Source: Balanoglossus misakiensis
Lineage: Eukaryota; Animalia; Hemichordata
Length of the DNA stretch: 64,000 nt
Direction: 5' to 3'
Assembly: GCA_040954595.2 (NCBI GenBank)
Contig: CM082579.2
Location: forward strand, 14,137,834 to 14,201,833
The position numbers and the translations under genes were made by a program. The notes under the pieces were generated by a model that had not been told where the DNA came from, searched no databases, and saw only the letters and a program-made list of their open reading frames with translations. Each line of letters opens with the position of its first letter. The stretch's first letter is position 1. This document shows positions 27,921 through 39,594 of the stretch, one piece after another.

Positions 27921-28381
27921 TAATTTCTCACACTGCTGGCCGCTGGGAGTGTGGGATAGGATATCCCCGACGAGTGTGAGAAATACGATCTCAGGTCCTT
28001 GGGAGTGTGAGATTCTATTATTCTCACACTCTCACTGAATCGAAAGCTGTATATGACGCGAGCGCTGATTGGTTGACAAAGAGTTCTTTCTCTTCGCGCA
28101 CTAAATGTTATCCAATGGCGTGATGTGTATTACAGGCACAGAACTATAACGTGCCCCCAGACGACAGTTCCAGAGTCATTTATTCAATGTTTTAACGAAT
28201 TTGGCTAATTTGTAACCGTGTGAGAAAAATAATCTCACACACCAAGGACCTGGGATCGTATTTCTCACACTCGTCAGGGATATTTTGTCCCACACTCGCC
28301 TGCGGCTCGTGTGTTACAGAAAATCCCCAACTCGTGTGAGAAATACGATCCCAAGTCCTTGGGAGTGTGAGATTCTATTAA
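27921..28381 (-). mobile_element. Hairpin-ended non-autonomous element of the TCTCACAC family (CryptonV-like architecture); copy 1 of 3
   Basis: Long inverted repeat at ~28230-28380 around CACTCGCCTGCGGCTCGTG, plus an internal CTGATTGG; homologous to 54796-55441 and 57836-58320 in the opposite orientation. Confidence 0.65.
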
Positions 28382-29492
28382 TCCCAAATGTCATAGCAGC
28401 TGCCCCTTTAAAACAATTTCTTTAAAAAATGTGTTTCTAATAGATTTGGTCAGGTGGAAAAGTATGTCACATACTGTTTTCACTGAACACTGATGTGGTT
28501 GCAATTTTATTGACACAAATTGAATCACACTATGCATCACATTAGACTTAGGGGTAAACCATTTTATATTTAGGAGAGTGCAGTTTAGTTTCTACTCTGC
28601 CTATTCTCTGATGTTTTTTCTTTACTATTTGGCAGAGGCAAAATGCAGACTTGTTATGGAAGTGTTCCTAAGTAACTATGCATATTATTTCTATTAATCT
28701 AAGCACATTATGTAAAATATAAATCAACCAGGTAGACTCATGTCTCCCCCTACAGTAATGGTGACAATTCTTTTTATAGTACCCAACTTACTCAAGTAAA
28801 CACACTTAATGTTAGCAAACAGTCCTATAGATATAGCCTGGTCCCCTGTCCCATTCCTGCTGCTGGTAGTGACAGCAGGGTTAGAAAGTGGGCAGAGAAC
28901 AAGAGTATCTTACAGGCCTCTTTCATGACCCCTGTGTGACCTTACATCCTGGTGATTTGTTGGTTTGACATCATTCATCATTCAATGTTGAACAGCTAAC
29001 CTTTTCTAACAGGCAATGTTCACCAGTTTTGTTCAAGGATGAGAAAAAATGCATTGATTCAATAGCATGGTTGGTAAACTCGAAATTGTATACTCACACC
29101 GACAAAAAGCCAGGATGTAGAGGTCAAAAGGGGTCATAAAAGTGGCATGATATAGCACAGTTGCCAGTGGTGTAATGTTTATATGAACTGTGCAACTTCA
29201 TTCATATTTCTTAGTGGCAGTAATGTTATTATAAATATAAACTGACATCTGAAATCACTTTGCGATGTCGAAATTCAGTGGGAAGAAACAAACGCCAAAA
29301 GTTACCACATTTTATACTGACACTTATTTGTTTTGTACAGTTTACCCTATGGATCCAGCTATCATAGGAATAGGTGCAATAATTGTAGCTTTGGTGGGCT
29401 GGTTGATCGCTTATGGGCTTGATCAATCATCCCATCTAGGCTACAATTATTGCAGATATCATAGGAAGGGCACATTGGGAACCCCCCCCCCC

Positions 29493-29523
<31 letters not shown>

Positions 29524-29580
29524 ATTTGGGCGACAACACAATATATATATGATGCAGTCTACAAGTTGCACCGAAATATC

Positions 29581-30400
29581 TTTAGGTCCCATTTGTATAT
29601 ACTGGTGGTACCTCATGAGATCGGTTGCGTCTGTATGGATGTATGTCCGTTCACATCAAAAACCTGTAAACCGCTGAGCATATAACCTCGATATTTGGTG
29701 TGCAGATGCAGGCAGGGCTGTAGATGGGAGTTTGTTCAAATGAAGTTGTTGGGAAAAACGTAAATTTGGCCAAAACTCAGAAACTCAACAACCACTGGTC
29801 ATATTGATTTGAAAATTGGTATGCATGTACCTTATATTTACCTCACACAGTTGTGTATGTTTTGAACTAATAGTTTGTATTTTCTATAATTTATGTATTT
29901 TTTTGTCTTTTTCCACATTTTTGGTAAAAAATCTACTTTTCTGGAATTGATGACCTGACTTCTTTGAAATTTAGTATGGGGCTTCATATAGGTGATGTGA
30001 GTTATCAAAGTTTTGTTTAAATTTGCTGCAAAATTTGCAAATTTATAATTTTGGTGCAAATTTTGCCTTTTTGATCAATTTTTTTCTGTAAAACCGTTTG
30101 TCAGATTGCTTTGAAATTTGGTAGGCATAGAGATGTGTGTTTGTCAAATCAATTTGTAGAATTCAATAGTATATTTTTGGGGTGATTTTTGCCATTTTTG
30201 GTCAAAACTCTTTCTCAGAACCCTCTACCCCATTGCTTTGAAATTTGATTTGAAGGTTCCATGGTGAGTTGTCATGATGATTTACAAAACCTATGATGAA
30301 AGTGTCAATGTTTTGTGGGGGCAATGTCTTGTATTTTGGGGGTATATTTACCAATTTTGATAAAAAATTATATTTCTCAGAAAGTGTACACTGTATGGCT
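29581..30400 (+). mobile_element. Helentron-associated (DINE-1/HINE-like) non-autonomous element, 5' part; right boundary approximate
   Basis: TTT-AGGTCCCATT 5' end with adjacent partial inverted repeat and (TGTA/TGTC) microsatellite; homologous to the reverse complement of the 32251-32727 element. Confidence 0.6.
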
Positions 30401-31371
30401 GATTTCTATAAATTTTAGTTGTAAGTTAATGGGATTGGCTTCTTTAGAATTATTATGAAATCATATCATAGGTAATTTGGAATTTCTACTGGGCTTGCGT
30501 TTGATATTTTATTTTTTACGCGCAGTGCACGCAAAGAGCCAATTTTTTTTTCGTGAAATTGTATTTGAATTACGTGCAACAAAATTGCGATAGACAAGCA
30601 GGCTTTCAGATAAACATACTTGAATGAGTTCTCCCTTCATGTCTAGATGGCCCAACACAAAAAATATCATTTAGAATGTAGCGAATAAAGTACATAAACA
30701 TCATGAAAGAGACTGTGTACAGTGGTCCCCCCCCCCCCGATACGTATTAAGTACAGACAAGGTATGGAATTCTTGTGTTATATCATCAAGGAAAATGACC
30801 CAGAAGCCCTACTTGCTTTGTTATATCTAATGGCTTCTGTGTGCATAAATTATAGCCCGACACGTGTCAAGTTTGTGGCCTAGGTTACCGCACGTACATC
30901 ATTGTGCGTCCTGCTACAGCATACAAGCGCGCGTACGCGTACATGTGTACAGGGCGCCTGACCGGCCAACCTTGACAAGGCGCCCCAGATAGCCTCGCCC
31001 GCTGTTATCTTTCAATGGATTTTTTTTGTGCGCATGTCACGCAACTGTGACAAAATATTTGCGCGCACACATTGTAGTTTTGTGTTATTTAGTGTTATTT
31101 TAAATGGGTGTCACACCGATTTAATCAGCCTCCATTCAAAGAGTACACAACAGTCGTGTTATGCATTAATTAGCAAAAGATGATAAACTGATGCGGATAC
31201 AATCAATATAGCTTAATGGTGATGATTCTAAAGCAGAAGGCTAATTGTCATTAGTATCATACATGCAGAGCCTGAATTTGCCACTTTCTATTGTTCTCAC
31301 CAAATTTAGTGTAATAACCCCTAAGTACCACCCTCTAATTTTAAAGAACACTAATTATGGAAGCCCATTAA

Positions 31372-31456
31372 CCCTTTCACAACCAAGGTTCAGTCAAAAC
31401 CCATTGTTTTCTATGAAAAGGTTTGACCTGCATAGAAGGAACTTGGGGTGAAAGGG
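31372..31456. mobile_element. ~85-bp piggyBac-like MITE; degenerate relatives at ~33643-33734 and ~48754-48843
   Basis: TTAA-CCCTTTCAC...GTGAAAGGG-TTAA, i.e. TIR plus TTAA target. Confidence 0.7.
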
Positions 31457-32250
31457 TTAAAGGGACAAAGTCGCTCTTTTTGACTTTTGACTCACTTGCT
31501 TTTATTAGAGGTTCCTACCTTTAAATGTTTCATAAAATGTTTAATCAAATCTGTCTACAATCAGAGTAGACATTGTTTACATATACCTTTTGTTAAATGA
31601 TTGTTGTTGTATTTTAGATTGTTGTCAGGAGCAGGTGAGAAATATGGTATGATTTCTGAAGGTCTGAGTACTGCATTGCAGTTATTTGACGATATGAAGA
31701 GGTTACGATATTCAAGGTAATTATGGTAAAATTCTGAGTTTCAAGATCATTCTCTACATATGGCCCTGACTTTTTTTGGTGGTTTATCTGTTTTTGTAAA
31801 GTTCACCATGTCAACCAGGAAATGATTCCATACAGACAGTGGAGTACAACTGAGATGTGAAGTACATTGAAACCTGCCTAGGAAGGACACCTCTGGGACC
31901 ACAAAATGTGTCCTTAATAGAGAGGTGTCCTTAAAGGGACAAATTCTCTCCCTCGCTGCCCCTTTTCCATGAATTAGGTTTGTTACAGGGCACCATTTCT
32001 GTTATTCTCCATGTGGATATATAGTGAATCAATGTTTCACCACACACAACTTCAACCCTGCTTGTAGCCACCAGAGTGATAAAAAACACACGCCAATAAT
32101 CGGTCTCTATCATTTATTCATTTTATGCGAGTTTTTATGCTCATATCATTCAAGTGGGATGGAAATTGTGTATGGTTGAACGTTCATTAACTACATATAC
32201 ACATGTACATTAATATAAAATGTCTCTTGTATCAAACATAATGGAAAAAA

Positions 32251-32727
32251 TCGCGTCAAGGACACAGTGGTCCCATTGAGGGAATACACAAGAAAAAGTC
32301 TACACCGGAGTAAATGGCGATATACTGACAGACACACACACTAAATAGAACAGCTGGCCTCTTTAAAACTTAGCCAGTTATGTAATCATTCAGGAATTTC
32401 CTGTGTATATAAACAACTCAATAAAGTAAATACACACCACTTCGCAAAGCAATCTGACCAGTAGTTCTTGAGTTACTGAGTTTTGACTAAGTTCACATTT
32501 TTCCAGCTAATTTGCATATTTTTGGCAACGACAACTTCATTTGAACAAACTCCCATCTACAGCCCAGCCTGCATGTGCACACCAAATATCAAGGTGATAC
32601 ACACAGTGGTTTTCAAGTTTTTGATGTGGACGGACATACATCCATACATCCATCCATACATACATACATACAGATGCAACCAATCCCATAAGGTCCCATG
32701 GTATATAGGCCTATACCAATGGGACCT
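32251..32727 (-). mobile_element. Helentron-associated HINE/DINE-1-like element inserted in a T/A run
   Basis: Minus strand reads TTTTT-AGGTCCCATTGG...ATGGGACCT (5' stem), then a (TGTA)n microsatellite, then a 3' AATGGGACC sub-TIR and a T-run. The paralogous copy at ~47818-47835 (ATGGAAAAAAGGGCAGC) is the empty site. Another 3' end lies at ~57720-57832. Confidence 0.75.
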
Positions 32728-33195
32728 AAAAAGGGCAGCGAGAGAGAGACTTTGTCCCTTTAACAGAAATGTGCATGTAATATTCTATTCAAACCATTAC
32801 TCTTGTCTTGAACAATCTTTCCTTAATAGAAAGGTGTCCTGATTAGAGAGATGTCTGTATTAATTGACAGGTTTCACTGTATTATCAACATTTTCAGTTT
32901 CATAATCCTTCTGGATGTCTTTGTCAGAAAATTTTGACAGCAGCCAAAACTTTCTCTGCCATACTCACAATAAGAGAAAGCTTGCACCTGTGTGTAAAAC
33001 GGGTTATTTTCGCAAGCAATTAATTTTTGCGAAATAGGCGAGAGCCAACAAAATGTGAAAAGAAAAAGTTGCGTAAAATGTTTTTCGGAGATAAAGATGC
33101 AATGAAATACAAGAACATGAAAATTAATCCTCGCATAACAGTTGCCTCTTTTAATATCGCGAACATTTCCTGTCACGAAAATAATCCGTTTTACA

Positions 33196-33352
33196 GTAAT
33201 ATTGAAGGTCAGAATGCTTTTGATGAGAGAACAATACACCAGTTGCAAAGTATCTTGACTAACATAAAAATGATGGTATTTTCTGAAGAAGATATATTCT
33301 CGCAGTTGGTGTTTTGTTTCCTCATCAAAAGCATTCTGACCTTCAATATTAT
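33196..33352. mobile_element. ~155-bp palindromic MITE, with paralogous copy at ~48314-48468
   Basis: TAATATTGAAGGTCAGAATGCTTTTGATGAG...CTCATCAAAAGCATTCTGACCTTCAATATTA. Confidence 0.7.
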
Positions 33353-34199
33353 TCTGTTGAGCTATACATGCAATCTAGTCTGATCAGAGATGATTATATC
33401 ATCGACAATAGATCCTGGATTCTAAAAGAGCATAAAATGACTGCGACAGATACCTTGTTAGTTGTAACAGGTGTGAAATAAGAATTTGGATAACACTGAC
33501 AGTATTTTGGCTATTGTTGGGGGGTGGGGTGGAGCAATAAGTGATTTTGAAACCCCATGTAACACCTGTCTTACCATTAATATGACTGCATTTATGGTAC
33601 CATAAGGAATGTTAACAAAATGACTGGGGAACCCTGGTTACATTACCCTGATCACCACAATGGTTCAGTCCAACTGCATTGTTTTCTATGTTAAGGTTGG
33701 AGCACTGAAGAGGAAATTGGGGTGGAAGGGTTAAAAAAAACACTGACTGACAATACTGCCAATAACAAAATATTGTTTTATCTTCTCTTTGTATACAGCG
33801 CACCAATATAGAAACATTGTATATTGATCTGAACTCTCCTCCATATCCTTTGCCAAGTCAAGGTAGTATTAATTACAGTGGATTTACTGTAGAACAATTG
33901 GCTGCCATGTTGGGTGAGGTAAGTAAGCGATGTAAAACATTTCATACAACACTGCATACTAACAATAGTCATATCAACCTGACAAGGGAAGATGAAAAAA
34001 GCCTAAGCCCCTTTGAACAGCTGTATTTTCTTGGAATCTGGTTTTATAATACACTTTGATTGATTCCCTTACGAAAAAGTTCTATAGAACTTCTATTGCT
34101 TTTCAATAAAAATTTCTATTAAGAATCAATGGATATTCCATGGAAACTCAATGGAATTTCTATGGAAATTCTATTGACTTCTATGGACTTTTGGCCACT

Positions 34200-35020
34200 T
34201 TTCAATTAAACTTCTATAGAAGAGATATAGATTTCAATTGATTTTCTATAGAAGAGATATAGATTTCAATTGATATTCTATTGATTTTCTATAGAAGAGT
34301 TATCGATGTGTATTGATTTTCTATAGAAGAGATATAGATTTCAATTGATTTTCTATTGAACTTCTATAGAAGAGTTATAGATGTGTATTGATTTTCTATA
34401 GAAGAGATATAGATTTCAATTGATATTCTATTGATTTTCTATAGAAGAGTTATCGATGTGTATTGATTTTCTATAGAAGAGATATAGATTTCAATTGATT
34501 TTCTATTGAACTTCTATAAAAGAGTTATAGATGTGTATTGATTTTCTATAGAAGAGATATAGATTTCAATTGATATTCTATTGATTTTCTATAGAAGAGT
34601 TATCGATGTGTATTGATTTTCTATAGAAGAGATCTAGATTTCAATTGATTTTCTATTGAACTTCTATAAAAGCGTTATAGATGTGTATTGATTTTCTATA
34701 GAAGAGATATAGATTTCAATTGATATTCTATTGATTTTCTATAGAAGAGTTATCGATGTGTATTGATTTTCTATAGAAGAGATATAGATTTCAATTGATA
34801 TTCTATTGATTTTCTATAGAAAAGTTATCGATGTGTATTGATTTTCTATCGAAGAGATCTAGATTTCCATTGATATGCTATTGATTTTCTATAGAAGAGA
34901 TATAGATTTCAATTGATTTTCTATTGAACTTCTATAAAAGAGTTATAGATGTGTATTGATTTTCTATAGAAGAGATATAGATTTCAATTGATTTTCTATT
35001 GAACTTCTATAGAAGAGTTA
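34200..35020. repeat. Left subterminal array of the transposon; ~31- and ~44-bp subunits forming a 150-bp higher-order unit
   Basis: TTCTATAGAAGAG, TTTCAATTGAT and TTCTATTGA motifs; identical blocks at 34381, 34531 and 34681. Confidence 0.92.
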
Positions 35021-35327
35021 CCAAAGACAGAGGGGTGGGATTGGGGCAAAAAGATTGATATTTATAAAAAAAATACTTCACTGAATACTCAGCATATTCT
35101 TTCAGTCTGTTGTTTAATATTAACACATAAATGTGCTAAATACAGTGTTGCCTCAGTCAAATTAGTTTTCTGCTGGCTTTCAGTGAAATATTTGAGAAAA
35201 AACCAACATACTCATCAAATTAAAACTTAACATTTTATTGCAATAAATCAATAAAAAAGGTGACATGAAAAATAGAGTTTAAATAAATAAAGATAAGCAA
35301 AACACATAAATGAAACAGTTAACCACA

Positions 35328-38300
35328 CTACTTGTGTTTTGCTTCGGAGTAAATTTTCATTTTAATGTACTGCTCCACCTCAGCAACCTTGCAGTCAAAC
35401 TTGCTGCATACAATATCTGTGGGGAAACAGAGAAAAATAATTGCTGAATGAAATTGTACTGAACCAAAGCTCAAACCTTAGAGATGTCTTTGTTTGCCAT
35501 ACTATATTTTTTTTCTAAAACCTAACCGCCAGAAACAAAGAACAAACTAAATGAAAATATATCAAGGTTACGGTAGAGAGAATGGTATATTTGATTTGCA
35601 GTCCCTTAAACGCTTTTACAACTTTTTAAAGATGGCCTATCTCATTCCACATACAGGTCTCCATTAGCAGACCAAAGCAGATTTTGCAAAAGCACTGCAA
35701 AATTTGCACCCTATCTACAGCAGGTTACACTATGTTAAAGAGGTATACATCACTGATCACTCCAAATATACAAAATGCCAATATATCTTTGTGTATTCCT
35801 ATGACCTAAAATAGCAAATTAATAATTGGAGATGATAAGTAACTTAATACCTACATACCTTTAATGGCTCTTATTTTGTCTGCATCCAGCGCTGGTTTGG
35901 GTAAAGAACCCTTGACTGAGTTGCACACTCTGCCACTATACGAATGAGTCCTGAGTGTTTCCCTATCAAACACCACTGCCATCAAATCATACGTCATTTC
36001 CTTCGCTGTTGATTCGTCAACGCGGCTCAGCTGCTTGGCAGTTACTATCATCTCATCATTGACCAAAATCTGAAAAAGACCAAAATAATTGGTAACACTA
36101 GAGGCAGACACAAAATAAATATGATTTCTGTCATAGAAAACCTGATAAAATAGAAAGTACAGTAAAAACTCTATCACAGAGTTCTTACAATACTTTCTAT
36201 TTTCTATGAAATCAACAGCTCTAACAATACAACCACATTTTCCATGGAAGTAAAGTTGCAGAGCCATGATCTGTTCTAAACAGAGTTGCAATCATCAGGT
36301 CTGCAGATACATAAACAAAAACTTTATGACCAAAATAATTAAATTCTTTGTTTTACATCCACTCAGATTTTGATAGGTAAGTGCACAAGTTCAGAAACAC
36401 AGAAATTTTTAACAGGTAAATTTAATATTTACTCGATAGTTTCCATGTAATACAAGCACCTTAACAAGAATCCCAGCAGAAACTAATTTTTCACCCTGTT
36501 AAGTTGCACTCAAATGTGACATTCTGCAAGCATGCAGGTGTTCCAATCACATTTCCCAAAGCATGTATACAAAAAATTTGCAGGCAGAAAAGTTTTTTTC
36601 ATGAAATCTCGCAAAACATACACATGCAGAACAAAGAATTTTCTTACTTAGGCCATATGGTTGAACCTAAGAAGCAGAAGTATTATTTGAATGACTATGA
36701 CTATGTCTATGCAGATTCCTGAAATCACACATTCATGATAAATTGAAATAGATATCAACAGTTACCTCTTCACTGTTCAATGGGGCATCATGTGTTCCAC
36801 TGGAGTTATTTGTCTTTGAGACTGCAGGTGCACCAGTCTTTACACCAAATGTTCTTTTTACATCAGCAATTTGTCCAAGCAGGCCAGGTAACTCTATACC
36901 ATTTGAAAAGATTAGAAAATAGAGGTATAGGACATATGTTCATTGATTTAACTCCAATAGTTCATAGGAAAAGGAATAAAAAAGAGACAATCCTGGCAAA
37001 AAAATATTGTTAACCAATAAGACAGTGGACCATCATCCATAAACAAAATTATTTTAATTGTGGTGAACTGAGATGTTTACATACTGACCAGCATTATCAA
37101 ACTATTGTCAAGTAACTACAAAACACATAGTTTGAGAAAGCTGGTCACAAATGAAGGCTTTCATTGGTGCTGAAAAAGGTAAGTTACAGCTTGCCCAGCT
37201 TAGTCATCATGTACAAGTGAATAAATTAAATGTTTTTCATTTATAAATTAATTATGGTAACATTTTACTTTGTATTTCAAAACATATATGGAGTCCTTGA
37301 TACTTCAATTTCTCGTCAAAACAATGCTGAAAATGATGTTCTTTTGTGATATTCATGAGTATTTTCAAAAACAATCATTCTGTGGCATATTTTGGCTGTT
37401 GACTTTTGATATTTCTAAAAATAAAACCAAAAGAACACTGACAAAATAATTTGATTCAGCTAAAACCTACTCATTGCATTAAAAATATACAAGAACTAAA
37501 ACAATCCACTGACTTTATTCAATGCGTGTATCAATATTCTTTTACCTTTTAACACTCGAAGAGAATAGCGTAGTGCAGCATTTTCCTCCTTCAATTCCCT
37601 TATTTCTTGGTGTAGCTTGTCCTCATCATAGCCTTCTGAGCCACTGGACACTGGTGTTGAAGCACGGAATGAACTCTAGAATGCAGAGGAACATTAATGA
37701 AATAGACTAAAAATCACAGTTGTCAACAATAACAACACAGTTCATACATGGATTTCAACATGCTTGTGATATTTACCCATCAACAGCACTGAACTGCAGT
37801 CACGTTTTGATGGAAATATTATTAGTTTCAATAATTGCATAACTTTGCTCACATTTTAAAGATACATTTTGCAGGGGTTGCGTTAACCCCATATTTTGCT
37901 TCCCGAACTTTTCAGGGGGACTCTTACTTTTTACACAGAGGGGTCCCATCTCTCACATAAATACAAAAATTTTAATTTCCTGTCTTTAATTTCATGTGAC
38001 AGGGACTCATTCTGAGCAAACACTAGTGCAATCCCTGTTTCATAATTAAGCCACACAAGCTCACAACACTCTCTTATACGTCAGCATTATTTTAGCTTTT
38101 GTGCAAGTTTGGAAGTAAAAGTATATGCTTCAGGGGCAGAAATTGTAGCGTATGACATTGCCAGTACTTACAGACTTAAGTGACTGGACATCCTCCTCCA
38201 TTTTTTTACGAACTTCAGATGTCTTCTTGCTTTCTAACTTTCTCAGCAAATTTAAAGACGAATTCTTTTGGCTGATCTTCTTTTTTTTTATTCAAGTTAT

Positions 38301-39155
38301 TTTTTTCCTGAAAAAGAAATGAAATGATTATTGTGAGATACTTCTGAACACTTGGCATGGAGTTTTGAAAATGGGTGTTTATATTGACAACGAGAAATTA
38401 ATATCATCTGTACCTAGATAAATCATATTGAATTCTGCATCAGCCACATGGTAGTTAAATATCAACTTACCGGTACATAATCATCTTCATCATCTTCGCT
38501 GTCGGTGTAGATTCTCTTTGGTGCCTTTTCACGTTTCCCCCGTCCATATTCTGGAGTCTTAATGTTTGTGTTCACCCCTTTTTTGACATAGACGTTGGCT
38601 AGTCGCAACAGCTCCTGCCTGTCATCTGTAAAGATAAACATTATGACCTGGTTGTGAAAAACACACACACACACAACTGAATGAGAAACTTTTGCTGACG
38701 ATCAAAAATGCACAACACAAACCTTGTAAAAAAATTGTGTCACAAAGTAAAACAAAGGGGTTGCTGGCTTTCCTGGCAACTTGTTTTGTTATGCAAATAG
38801 TATAACAATGAACAGGAAGTAAACAAGCTGTGTTTGGTTCAAGGGAGCCCAAGACCCTGGGATCGAGATAAAGGTAACTTTCTACAATGAACGTCTTCAA
38901 CATTGGGAAATGTTTCTACCTGACACGTTTTTTTTGAGTTTTGAAAAAATCCAAACAATTCTTACCGCTAAACTTGATAACTCTTGCTACATATCTCGCC
39001 GGATCTCTTCCTGCCTTCTTTGATGGCCACTGGACAGCACAATCTTCGTCGAAGTCAAAACTCATAACGTCGTCTTCATCGAGATCTTCTATCCAATTCG
39101 TCTCACCAACTTCAACACTCTTTTCTTCGTAAAAATCAAATAAAGCGTACTTCAT
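35328..39155 (-). CDS. BEN-domain protein (~345 aa, 7 exons: 39155-38966, 38625-38471, 38307-38172, 37675-37546, 36893-36766, 36069-35859, 35416-35328); one +1 frameshift in a poly-A run in exon 3
   Basis: All introns are GT-AG with compatible phases. N-terminal small domain MKYALFDFYEEKSVEVGETNWI...VQWP...YVARVIKFSDD, then a coiled coil (LHQEIRELKEENAALRYSL), then a C-terminal BEN-like helical domain TAKEMTYDLMAVVFDRETLRTHSYSGRVCN...KPALDADKIRAIKDIVCSKF...IKMKIYSEAK*. PolyA signal at ~35234-35239. Confidence 0.82.
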
Positions 39156-39594
39156 GGTGACTAGATCGACGTTCGTAAATAGAGAAATCTTAAGCGGAGC
39201 TGGTAGCGAGTGACGCGTGGTGTGTCTTCGGTGGTTACTGAATCAGCTGTAAAAGGTCAGGAGTTCGCCGACTATTTATTTACCTTGATGCATGCTGGGT
39301 AAGAAATGCGGGCGTTTATGAGAAGAGTCAAAGGTCATGCAGTAGGTCATGTGATTTTAAAATACAGCATTTCTTAGAGCTGAGATGTTATTTGAAAAAA
39401 AAATACGTTAAGATATCATTCACTTTATTTTGAAACGCCAAAATTCACCTTAAAGTAGTACCACAGATCGATCGGAACGTTAAAATTTGTACTTGAGATG
39501 ATGCCATATCTATCACCCAGCATGCACCGCAGTCACCGACGCTTGCACTGCTGATTCACTAGATCATCAGATCGCTGTTCGTCGCAGAAGAGAC
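39156..39594. promoter_or_regulatory. Putative bidirectional promoter with two inverted Staf/ZNF143-type sites (39284-39302 minus, 39513-39531 plus)
   Basis: Lies between two divergent ATGs. TCACCCAGCATGCACCGCA matches YYWCCCRNMATSCMYYRCR fully and TTACCCAGCATGCATCAAG matches 18/19. AGGTCA half-sites occur at ~39254, ~39333 and ~39344. Confidence 0.6.
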
